Origin: Bugula neritina
Taxonomy: Eukaryota; Animalia; Bryozoa
Direction of reading: 5' to 3'
DNA length: 64,000 nucleotides
Assembly (NCBI GenBank): GCA_964035545.1
Contig: OZ037768.1
Span: 17,219,875 to 17,283,874, forward strand
Part shown: piece after piece, positions 22,601-35,400 of the stretch
Layout of the letters: each line of letters begins with the position of its first letter
Position numbering within the stretch: the stretch's first letter is position 1
The notes under the pieces: model-generated
What the model was told of the DNA's origin: nothing
The model's database searches: none
Seen by the model: the letters and a program-made list of their open reading frames with translations, nothing else
Program-made: the position numbers and the translations under genes

Positions 22601-24292
22601 AGAGACAAATAGGTGAATGAATACCATAAGATGGGGATATGAGAGCGTGGAGCTTGCATAGCAAGGACACATGTAATAGAATTAGATAGAAACCATTAAT
22701 TGAGTTGGTTATGCAGAACAGTACTTAAATAGGTCGGATGAGAATAAGTGTGGTATGACTAGACTGTAAGTCTATGCAAAAGAATTTTAAGTATCTGATG
22801 CTGTGGTTCCCAGACTACCATACAGCATGAAGGCAGCGCTAGTTGATGGTTTAAGGCAGCACTCACCATAAACACAATCAGGCACTCCAACACCCATTTC
22901 TGATTGCAGCTCTAGGAACGAAACGGATGTAGCAAATATAAACATTGCTATCATTAGATACATAACCAGAAGGAAAAGTTCTTTCAAACAGGCTTTGAGT
23001 GTAAGCATCATCACCATGAGCCCATCTATCAGACTTGCGTACTGTAATGAAGAGAATTTGATGCTATAATTAATATATAGCTTTATTACTAATACAAGGT
23101 ATAACATCACAGCCCTATATATATTAATTACTTACTTTTGGCACTGCAAATGAAGTCAATATAAGATTATAGATTCAATGATATTATTTATCGACTATGT
23201 TTAATTTATTTGTTCAGAAAATAAGAAATTCTAAACAATTATAGAATTTGACTTTACCTGAAAAATTTTGAAAATCCTCAAAATCTGAATGGACTGCAGA
23301 CAGATAACAATGTAATGCAAATGCATTTCAGCTTCTCCCACAATCTCTTTGGTAACCACAACAATTTCGATGGCAAAAGCTGCCAACGCACCTATTCCAG
23401 CTAGAATGTCAATCCAAGTTATTATAGACCTAAAATACGCCAAGCCTGGACATAGGATCAATCGAATTAATGTTTCCAGGATAAAAACAAATTTTAAAGC
23501 GTATTTGGAGTAGGTTATCCAAAGTAAAGGTGTTGTTCGAATGTAGCATGATATTTTTGACATTTGAGAACAACCTAGATTGTCTATAGCAGAGTCTAGG
23601 TTGGTGGTCTCCGCAGTCTTGTTAGTGTAAAGAGCAGGTAAAGCGTGCTCATCAATAACTCTGTAATGTGGGCTGGTGCCTATGCCATAAAGTATCATGT
23701 ATAAAACCACTGCGACAATCGAAAACACGGCATATGCGATAGACATTCGCCGATATTTTGTATATGGACCAAGTGGGTCAGTTATAAAACACCAACATTT
23801 ATATCTCAGCTCTAAAAACTTGCTAGACCCTGGAGGAGGTGGTGGTATTCGGTTTTCCAGCCACTGGAACTCGGCTTCCAAACGTAACTCTTCATCATCC
23901 TGAACTCCTTCGACATCTTCTTTTGGAACATTCCAGAAGTTAATTTCTTCCATCACCAGCTCTTTGTCATATCCAGATGGTACATTCAACACATTGTATC
24001 TGAGAATATTCAGGACTGCATTGAATAATGCAGGGTCTCTATCAAAATAGAATGCATTGAGCTCTTCAATCCAATGATCTGCTAGTAAATGTGGAGAAGC
24101 AAACTTGCTGTGTGGGTAACTTTTTACCAGCTGATTAGAAACAATAAACTTCTGACCCGAAATGTTAATATGGAGAAAATGTAAATCTTTGACAGCATTA
24201 TCTTCCACCTTATTTGTCGTCATCTTTTTCAGATCTTCATTTGATAAGCTCATATTAATCACAGCACTAGCAACTGCAGCAACGTCACTCAT
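19631..24292 (-). CDS. Voltage-gated K+ channel family subunit, Shaw/Kv3-like and divergent (paralog C)
   Basis: Coding exons 24292-23258, 23041-22867 (175 bp) and 19911-19631; structure matches A and B; filter [12 protein letters not shown]. Confidence 0.9.
20392..20720. mobile_element. hAT-type MITE
   Basis: Imperfect TIRs CAAGGCTGTCCAAC...TTTGGACACTCCCG, subterminal GGCCC motifs and an 8-bp TSD CCCTAGAC/CCCTAAAC (20384-20391, 20721-20728). Confidence 0.75.
21106..21290 (+). repeat. Unclassified interspersed repeat of about 170 bp, copy 1 of 4
   Basis: GAGGT...GAAAAGCCTGTGTTCTA...AAGTTATGTTC...CTAAAT; related copies at about 35925-36092, 38215-38382 and 56379-56540. Confidence 0.7.
22085..22680 (+). 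mobile_element. Decayed 3' end of an RTE-clade non-LTR retrotransposon, interrupted by a MITE
   Basis: Removing the MITE gives [31 protein letters not shown]...VEGKR, which resembles the RTE C-terminal RNxxIR...LxWxGHVxR...GKR signature; it contains an in-frame stop. Confidence 0.65.
22171..22515. mobile_element. MITE with TIRs of about 70 bp, probably PIF/Harbinger
   Basis: GCCTAGGGCCACACAGTGCGTATTTTCGCATGCGAAAATTGAAATCACAAGTAGCAAAGG... with its near-perfect inverse ending at 22515; flanks are TTA and TAA. Confidence 0.85.
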
Positions 24293-26452
24293 ATTGAATG
24301 CTTTATGGGCTTGAATCCAGAGTAATGCTGTTATGAAAAAGAAAAATGTTTAATAAGAACAAATAATGATGCAAGACTGACAATTTTCATTCAACATAAT
24401 AAAATACATTTTAAGTAAATGAATTTTATTTACAAATTCTTACCTGAGAGCTTGAGAAAGGTAGAGGATGACCCTAACGCTTGATTTGTGGTTGTAAAAC
24501 TGCCTAAATAGTTAACAAGCTGCTGCCTACTTGAACAAAACAAGTCAATTGTCAAGAGCTGCCAAATCTCTGCACGAGAGGTGTTAAGAAATTAGTTCTC
24601 CAGCTGTGCCTTCTCAGTGTTACTTGCGGAGTGAATAATAGTTTGTAAGTAGCTAATTATTGAGTCTAAGTTCTTAGTGCTGCTTCTAGCTGAGGCTACA
24701 AACTAGGTGATTAGCATAGCCCTGCCCGAACAGAAATGAATGAATTGTGGCACACATTACTTTTAAGTAGATCATCTACCCTGGCTTATCCTTTCACACT
24801 ACAGTAATTACAGCTCCACAATAATACGTAATTTTATCCTGTCGTAAAATACATAAATCTAATTTAATAAATTGCCAAGACTGAAGAATGTCACAAACCT
24901 ACATTTAGAGCATAGACTGGTACCATATAACTAGTAAAATGGGGATGATTAGTCTCTTAGAGGCTGTATTGCCATAAGGTTATTGCACCATAAAGTAGTG
25001 GTGAATTTTCTTTTACATAATATTCAAAAATTATTTATTCAAGAACATACTAGGCCCTATAACTAAAAGTATTTTTTATATTTTTCTAAAATATAGTAAT
25101 TATATATGCTTGTTTAAAATAAAAGGTTGAATAAATGTCTGATACAATTAAGGGATTGTTTTAAATAGACAGTAAATTTTTCAGTATAAGCTAGTAAATA
25201 GCATATAGGAAAACCACTGAATATAATAATATGTAGGCATCTTGAACTAAATACTACCATCATTCTCAAAAATGCTCACAATGTTGTAAAGATATAATGG
25301 CAGGTCTGTAGCCACTTGCCTTTAAACATTCAATTGCTTAGCAATATGATGCAAGCACCTACTATTTGTACCATCAGACCAGCCACAAAAACAAGGTCAA
25401 CCGAGTGATCTTAGTATTATATTATAACAAAGCAATAAGCCCACTGTCAATATGTCAATGTGAATATTTGTAAACATACATCTGTTTTGTGAACTAGAAG
25501 TATTTTTTGTTGTATTATATGAAATGACTTTGGTTGACAACAGTCACAGCACTTTATACTTAAATACCTTGCAGTTTTAGTTCTAAAAACTTACATTGAA
25601 ATTTGGACTTGCAATATCAGTAATAAACACATGTTTTTTCTGACTGCATAAAGAACTGGTGACAGCTTGGCACATTCTATAGAAAGTAATAGCAATAGTT
25701 GGTCTACACTCTACAATCTACATCATTAAATGTTGAAAATTACAACTTTACAAAAAAAATAATGAAGGAAGCTTGGTAGGTTAGCAAGTGCTTTGTTTTA
25801 TTTTAACTTGTTTTCAGCCCATCTCTTAAAGTTAACTGTAGGCTCCCAGAAGAAATATATTTAGTGAAAGCTGCCATCGAAATAAAAAAAGTAATTCAAA
25901 CATGGATAAAATAAAAGCACAGCACCAACAAAACAATGATCATCAACCCATACCCTCGTAAAAACACCAAAAAGATTGTATTAAGTATTTTTTTCCCAAA
26001 AGAATGTATATGTTAGACTAAGAAAAACATTCGTTTAAAAACCTCACCATACCAACTTCTGCAATATTAAGATAAAAATACAAGATTAATGCTAAGTTGT
26101 ACTTCTAACAATTGAGATTACTGATGAAATTTAAACAGAACAACATTTTTCTATCTGCAAGAAAATAACATTAATATTCTTTAAAAAGAAACAACCTTAT
26201 TTATGGCTGTAAGCATTGGAACATATTTCATTGAATGAAATGTTTAAATGTCACTGCTCTAACTGTGACAAGATAATGCATTTCCAACATGATCAGCAGC
26301 TATGATATGGCATACATATAAACACACACACAAACATATTTAGTTTACAGTTTCAGAGCTGTGAGAATTAGCAATATGGAGATTCAAGCACTCATGGAAG
26401 GGAGAGGGGAGTAAATAAGTAACACAAAAACAATCCATCATTAAGGATTGCA

Positions 26453-29400
26453 TCATCCAGAAGACATCTTTGAAAAGGCATCGTTTAGCACATGCTCGTC
26501 CACAAAGTTGGGTAACGTGACACGAAACATGCTGTTCTCTTTCATGGATCTTCTCACAGTCTCATCGGCGTTTGCATTTCCAGCCCAGCATCTCCGAGCC
26601 ACCTGAAAATATATAAATGTTATTATGTTCATCAGCATGTCATACATTATGTAATAACTGAATTGAACCACTAGCCGCTCATTCAAGTGAATATACTGGA
26701 GGAGTGGCAGTACAACCCTTTTAGAGAGCACAAAAAACAAAACTCATTAAAACAGGATAGTAGGGTGCGATTTCAGCTAAGCACTGTTACCAGTGCTCTC
26801 GGAGCTTGAACTTTCATCAGTTGATTTTTGCAGCTAGTTTCTAGTAAAAGCATAAAGTTAAATGCATGATATACCAGAAACATTACGCATTTAGGATACA
26901 GCACTCAGGTGAAGGTACAAGTTGTTACCAAAATACTAGTAATTTTTGATTAATTGATTTTAGCAACTCTCTTCAACATATCTTCAATTTATGAAGTAAA
27001 TAATTTGGTGAACTTCAAATTGACAACATAAATGTATATATTCATATTCAAAATAAATATGATAGTGAGCATTTGTAACATGGAGCATTTTTGAGTCAGC
27101 TATATTTTAATCCATTTTGCAAAAATAATTTCCAATATGGATATAGCAAGAGTCTTCATGTTAAACCTAAAGCACTGCTATGACCTCTATTGTTTACTAC
27201 AATTAATTAACTACACTGTATCAAGTAAACAGACTAGATACTAGAGCTGTGAGCACACCATAGAATACTGACCCCATTTGACACATCCCACTGTAACATA
27301 GACATGGCTCTCTGTTCAGCCTCCTCACTACCATCCAGCACTAAACCAAACCCCCCATTGATAACCTCTCCCCAACCACAACCCCCACCATTGTGAAGGG
27401 CCACCCACGTTGCCCCTCTGAAACTATCACCAATACAGTTCTGCACAGCCATATCTACAATACAGAAAGAATATTCAAACTATACAATATTTTACACTGA
27501 AATTTACACAAAACTGACTTGAGAACCAGAAACCTCCTCTTCTTGAATAACCTAATTAACCTTTATGATTGCATAATAAGCAGTGGGTTACTGCAGTTCA
27601 GTGGACACCGTCTAGACAACTGTGAGCTTCAATGGCTGCACACAGCGGCAGCACACAGCGGCAGCATTCTCATAAAAGGTAGTAACTCATAACATATTAA
27701 GTGCGGAGGTACTAATCTGATGCAAAGGTTTGATGTAATGTATGCTTTTAATACACATGAAAATGCTAATAAATAATTCAGTACAAGTATTCCAGTGAGT
27801 GTATTCAGTGCAAGACCCACTAACCGGCACAGAAGGCTGAGCCATCGTATATGTTTGACGTCTCCCTGAATGGGCTGTCTGTGCCACTAACATCGTGGTG
27901 GTCTCTACTCAACACCACTGGTGCCTGAATGCAATGTAACATGCAATGAAATATGATGCAACTTCATGGCTATAATCTTACATACACAGCCGCTGCGGTT
28001 GACAACCCTTTGATGTAGTAAACTGTCAGCACAACACTATTTCCATGAGGCAGAAACCAAGTTTTAAAAATGTTCAAAAGGTGAATTCATCTTTTCAATT
28101 AGCAAAGAAGTAATTTTATCAAAATTCTGTCCATAAAAATAAGATCTGTTTCTTAGAAGTTGAAGGAAAATTTATTACCAAACTTCCTTTTTCAATTAAA
28201 TTTTTTTTCAAAATGTTCTTTTAACCATAAAAGAAGCGTAATTTTCTATCGCATAACCTGCTAGTATAAAAAGAAGTGTTAGACTAATTAATCACAACTT
28301 TCGTATACTGAGCAAATACTCATGCTTTAAGCTATGAAACACATAAAAGAAATTGTATATGTAATTTGTTAGAACGGAATGCTTAATGTCTGGAAAAAGC
28401 CATATGCTAAGCACATGTCATCAGTGGAGCTGAAACGTGATACACTCACTCTATTAAAAGATGGAAAAAAATACTAAAATATAATCCAACTTTTTTACGT
28501 TTCTGCACTGCCACCAAAACTTTTCTAAGAGCTGATGTAAATATTTCTCAGTACTATAGACAGTAGATATTTGTGTAATATATAGCAAGAGTAAAGAGTT
28601 CACCTTGAGACGGCCGCTGCGGATAGCCTTGTTGAAGGCCACAGCTATTTTTACTCTGCCTGTCTGGTCAGCGTAAAGGATTCTAGCCTGGGATCCAACA
28701 ACCTAACAACCAGATATCATGATACACGAACGGGTGAGCATACTGTCAGAGTATTGTGCTTTAAGGCTACAGCTGATGTTTGGATGTTAGTCTAAGGTCT
28801 AACCAAACTGTATAATGTACGGTGGCTGTAGCCAGATACCCTATTTTAAAACCTTGACAAAACACCAGGTTATAATTTTGATACAACATGGAAATGAATA
28901 TAAATTATGAAACAATTTGACAGGAATAAATAGGGTATACGTTGTGAATTGCTCTCCTTTTAATATTTAAAATGATCAAACATAACCACAGGTTAATGGC
29001 TCCCACCTAGTATTTCAGTAGCTCTATTGATGCTGTCTTTGAATGATTAATTGTACTGAGCATAGATGTGTGGCACAAAGGCCCTTAGCTAAGTTGGTGA
29101 ATTGAGAAATAAATAATTTAGTATGTGACACAATATATTTAGTGATATACAGTGATGTTGCTATGCAGTACTGTAGCTATACAGTGCTGTTGCTATACAG
29201 TGCTGTTGTTATTCAGTGATGTTGCTATACAGTAATGTTACTATACAGTAATGTTGCTATATAATACTGTTGCCCTACAGTAGTGTTGCTATGCAGTAGT
29301 GTTGCTATGCAGTAGTGTTGCTATGCAGTACTGTTGCTATGCAGTAATGTTGCTATACAGTACTGTACCTACAAGTTTGTTATGCTTTGCTTCTTTAATC

Positions 29401-32400
29401 CATCTGAGGTTATCATTGTATTGTTGGGCAGTCTTCATCGATACTAAAACAAGAGGCATGATGAAGGTATATGTACAATTACAGCTCACAATAATATATG
29501 AGTTAATACTAATTAGCATAGATATAGTTGTATTGGCAGCTTATAATTCTATCCTCAGTATATGATCAAACTTCCTTAATAAAAGCATAATACTCCTAGT
29601 ATTGCCAGATCTTTAATTGGTCATCACCACTAGAAATACTTAGCCTTGGATTAACATATTTGTCAAGTTTAGTTGGGGGAGGAAAAGAAAATCCCAACAA
29701 ATATAATGAAAAAATGAATAAAAAGTAAAATGAGAAGAGAAATTTGTCATTACAACCCTGAGTGAACCAACTGCCTACCATCTGACTTGAGGATGTTTTC
29801 AATAACTTCAGCCGCAATTTCATCAGTCGTATCAAGGTCACATTCATCACAGGAAGTACACACCCACCTGAATGGACCGAACCCAAGAGAAAAGACATCC
29901 CCCATGATGTGCTGAACATAAGAAGGGTACTTAAATTCATTAGCGCCCCCTCCTTTTGCCAATACATCCACCCCTATTAATAGGAAAATGATACACTAAT
30001 TATACCGATTGCTATACCATTAGCTGAAATCTATAAATAGTAAATATAATGTATATATATATATATATATATACACATATTTACTACACACAGGAAAAGG
30101 AAATACATTCATTTAATATAGTAATCAACGGAGTCCTACCAGCACGAGATGCTTCCAGCAGGAAGGCATTTCCGTAGTCAAAGAAATGCAGACCATGGCT
30201 GGCTAATTTCTCTATAGCAGACACTTGTCTTCGCAAACTGCAACAAGGTGACATAATATATGGCGACATGAGGTAGAAGAGCAGATCTGATGGCAACTTA
30301 TAGATTCAAGTTATATTTGTAGTAGAGTTAAAAGTATACATCTAGTACCAACTATCTCTCTACTTGAAAAGAGTTTAAATTTTTTGGGTTAAATCAGTAC
30401 TAATTTTCTTACTAAAAGTGTCTATTAAACAATAAGTAATTCACTAAAACTACTACAATAATGCTTCATTGCTACTAATTTTTTTGGAATACATACTCTC
30501 AAATTTAAAAATGATGCAAATGTATACCTAATTTTAGGTAATGTTGAGTCTATTCAGAAACAATTATTCATGATTTGTATAAATAATAAAGACAGGCAGT
30601 GCACCTAGTTCCCCGCCTCATCTATATTTTATGTGTGCTACTGTTGACCCGTTAACCAGTGCTATCAGTCTAAAGTTTAATACACCAGTAACATTCACAG
30701 GAAATGCACATGTATATAGTCATACTGACTGCACCAGACTAGGCACTTTGTATTTAATGCAACAAGAGGACGCAACTCGCAAACAACTCACGCAAATTTA
30801 TATTCACTACTCCTGTGAGAACCACTGATGGAAGGGGTTTATAAATCGGGCTAAGGATTTATTCAAATGGGGCACAGTAACAATTATGACTGAATGCTCT
30901 TCCTAACATCACCAACCGCCTTTACAGGGGATTAAACCCATGACTTTGTGTTTACTAAGCCATCACTTTTACCCCTAGACCATGGCTGGTAACAACACTA
31001 AGTAATACGCAACTGAAAAAAAACAGGCAATTATGACAATAATAAGGAGTTGTCTTCTACCATTGTTTGATTACTCGGTCAGTATACTTCAGCCAGTTTG
31101 TTACCTCTCCTGCACAAGAGCCTTGAACTGAGACGGGTCTTCATGCATCATCGTCCTCGCCTGTTCATACGTCAGCTGAACCGGGTAATAGCCACCCAGG
31201 AAGGGGTTGTGACAGGACGTCTGGTCAGATCCCAACTCCACCAGCATCTCACCCTGCTCTGCCAACTCAGCCAGTTTCTCCCACAGCGACACCACATTGC
31301 CTGCACAGTGATAAAATCTGTATCATTAATATGTTATGTTTTGCTTAGGTAAACAGACACTTTTTTAAAATCAACATACTTTAATTGGCTAAATAGTTCC
31401 AAATTATATATTTGCAAGAAACGTGTACATAGTTTTACAACTCACTGCACTGGTAATTAAATGAGTCTCAATTTTTATAATAATTTTATTGCATAAGCAA
31501 GCTTCGCCAATAGAAAATGACAAAAATATACTTGTATTATTGCGCCTATCTACTCTGGTGTCGGTTAGTTTCAAAAGCTACCAGAACCAGTCACCAGAGT
31601 ATTTCACAGGTAATAGTAAAATATTACACCCGCAGTATTATAAGACACATAGCATACAACATAAAATACATAGATATAGTGTGACAATAACATTAATACA
31701 GAAAATGAAAACCAAACATACCTAACACCTTGACACAAAGTTACAATACTATCTTAGTCATGCTAAGGAGAAAGTATAGATGAGCCTACCTAAGAAACCT
31801 ATACTGGTGCTGATACTATTTCTTCTACCCTCTCGGATCATGTTGATGCAATCCTCCAAATTAGTAACCTTGTGAAGCACCCAACCCTGCTTATATCTTT
31901 TATCTAGAGCCTCTTCGCTAACCTGTAGCATTACTGAACTGTGCAGCATTATGGATAGATGAAATATCAAGTATAGCCTTGGGATAAGCACTCTGAGCGG
32001 GGCATGGTCAAAACCATACTTGATATAATGAAGGGTCATATACATGCAGGTCAAGGGCATTTGGGCTACTGCTTTCCTTACCTGACTCTAGCAGTCAGGT
32101 AGTTGTAGTTTAAAACTTTATCCAAATCACTTTTTGGATAAGATTCCCTTGTGCCGTTTATCTTATACAAAAAATGAGTTTAATAAAGTTTTAAACTGTA
32201 GCTACCTTTATACCTATGTACTGAGATTATCAATTTTGTCTAGTAAGACAACTCCCATATAATGTACGAGAGAATCACTCAAGTCACTCATTATTGTCTC
32301 AATAACAAGTCAACTTCTACTGCACTTCAATAAGATTTTAATCAGTAATGATAAACAACCTGGAGCTGCTTTAGCAGTCACTGTGAAATCGTAGAAAATG

Positions 32401-35400
32401 ATGAGACAAGATTTGGAGTTGTCTCTGCAACCCGAGCAGGACATGGATGAAAGTCTAGTCTTACCTCAGCAATCACTCCAATACATCCGGACACCGTAGC
32501 GGCTTTAGGCTGAGCTCCACTCATACCACCCAATCCAGAGCTAACAAACACCTTACCCTTTAGAGTATCAGAACCCAGGTATCTCCTGCCTGCATTCAAC
32601 ACTGTCAGCTACAAGCCAATCACAAGATGCAACATATTTTTATATTACATAATATTTTGGAACACAATTTTTACTCTCAAGTCAGGTTTATTGACCTAAT
32701 TTTGGATTAATAAAACTTAAGCATTTTGCAGTGCTAGGGGTTAGAACGCTGGCTTAGTAAACATGTTACCATGGGTTCGATCCCCAGTAAGAGCCATTGG
32801 TGATGTTAGGAAGAGCATCCAGTCATAAGTGCACCTCATAGAAAACAAGACTTTAGCCAGCTTAAAGAAGCTCTTTTCATTAATGGTCTTAACAGGGGTG
32901 GCGATTAAAAACCTACGCAACTAATTGTGAATGCTACGGTTTGACATGAGTTAGACAATATGCTGTGTCTTCAGGTGTTTTAGGGTGTGCATGTGTAATA
33001 TCATATTTAAACTTACAGTTGTGCCGTGGACAATCCCCTGAGGGCCGATGTAACAGTAACTCCCAGCAGTCATCTGCCCATACCTGCGTGCAAACAGCTA
33101 ATATGAGACTAGAAGATAATGTCACAAATGCTTATAGTTTTATATTTTGTCAAATTTACAAACAATAGTTTTACTGAGAAGATAACTCTTAAATATTGGG
33201 ACTAGGCTGAAAAGGAAAATTACTCCCATATAAACTAGAACAGGCTTTGCATGCTATGGATGTCCTGATGTTGACTCTCACAAGATAATGAGAATGTGTA
33301 TTTATTAAGGAATCTATTTCCTACAGGCACTATTTCTTAACATCAGCTGGTAGAGCACACTGCTTGAAACTGATTCATAAGAGAACATGAAGCTGTTTAC
33401 CCTGTGCCTCTCTCTGCTGCTAGTTGTCATGTATTCAGAGGCAGCAGTTACTTACAGCTGCCACCCCGACAGCGCTATGTAAGCATATTATTTGAACCTA
33501 ATTCTTTGACTACAATTTGAACTAAATTCTTTGACCAGAAGTAGCATTATAGTATACCTAGATTTCTTTTAGTTTAGTCAGAAATAAAATTTGTATTCAA
33601 TTGCTAAGCTGAGAAAGTTTCATGCCAAAAATTTCTCTACTCCTCTATAGAGGTTTAGATGTGAAAATCTGTTCCATATGCTGGATGAATAGATGCATAG
33701 GCAAGTTTCATAATACTTTCACACATACTGCATGTTATGTAGAAAATTTCAAATCTCAAAAGAAAAGAGCAAATCATGCTTTCATATTTCTGTAACGCTC
33801 AAAACTATTACCCTATAAAAGTTTACATCAGTTATGCAGTTTAATTAGATTATACTAAAATAATATCATGATAAACAAGTTTAAAGGTTTATCTAAATTG
33901 TAAACCATACTAAATTTTCAACTTCATTTCTATATGGCTCAATGAATTCTGCTAAACACTTATTTGTTTCAATAAATTTTTTATATGTTTCTGGTAATTC
34001 TATCAACAATAAAAACTTAAAATTCAATTGGATATTTTTAACCAACACTACTAAACATGGCAATACTTTTCTTAGGTATGATTAACTAAAATGTACATAT
34101 ACAATACTATTGCTAGGTACGATGAAGTAAGATGTAGGAAACTAGGATGTGATCCGAATGTACCCGGGTGTCCTTACAACCAAGCTTTAGTTAAGACGTC
34201 ATACAGTTGCCACCCAGATAGTGATAGGTCAAGTTATTTCATTACTTTTATACTGATGACATAATGTAAAGGAAGAAGACAACTCTAATTAACATTTTCT
34301 TGAAATTACACACAGCATAGCACAACTTTTTGCATATATTACAAAATCGTTGGAAAATTGAATAGTTTTATTCTTTAGTGTATCCAATCCAATTAAAACC
34401 AAAAGAAGTTTACTAAAGGAATTTGACAATATAATTTTATTCTCAATTTCTAATCAGCAGTATTTTACCCTATATAGTAGTTTTCTATCTCTAAAACATT
34501 CACTATGTGATTACAGGTACGACCCAGTGAAATGTGGATTCGGAAAATAGAGTGTTGCAGGAGAAAAGAAAAAGGCTGAAAATATACAGCAGCTCCAAGG
34601 AATAGCTCAACATAAACTTTATGCTCGATATAATGATGTTATAAATAAACTGTTTAATCAATTCTTGATTGTGGTTATAGTTTAGTGAACATATATTAAT
34701 AATATCCAACACTATTGGTTAGATGAAATATGACATCACAACATATAAAATCTGCAGGTCCAGAGTGATTTATTAACCAGAGCGGGTGTCCGCCATTTTG
34801 TGACTTATCACAGGAGCCATGGTTCATACTACTGTAATATGTTTACAGTGAATAGTTAATTGACGAATTGATCCAGTTTTACTAGTTTTTGCACCTTTGT
34901 TACGTGCACAAAAAATTGTGATGGGAACTATACAATAAATACATTATTTACTCACACAATTTATGTCTAATTATCAACAGAAACAGGCTTCAATTGCAAT
35001 ATAAATTTGGGTGTCTTTTTATTCTGCACATCTTATTACCACTTAACATGGGTGTAATTTATGAGCTTGATTCATATAGTATTTTTACACGTCTTAATTT
35101 TATGTAAAACTTTAAAAAAAAATTTTCACAAAAAAACTATTCGAAGAATTCAATGATAAAGTTATTGATTGTTCGTATGACTAAAAAGATATGAACTTAC
35201 ATGTTTTTTAAAATAATAATAATATTCCTAGGCCTTCAAATAAGTTTATAATAGTTAAATTGACTAACTTTTGGCTCTATATCATCAATCCATTAAGTTA
35301 GACACACATAACTATTAGTAATAATTAAATAATTTATTAAATTTTGCAGTTACCAAGTATAATCATGTAATAATTAATATATACATTTTTACAGTAATTA

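Noticed and set aside
26768-26822. Second hammerhead candidate (CTGATGA...GAAA on the minus strand)
   Set aside because: No convincing stem II closure next to the core and no stems I/III.
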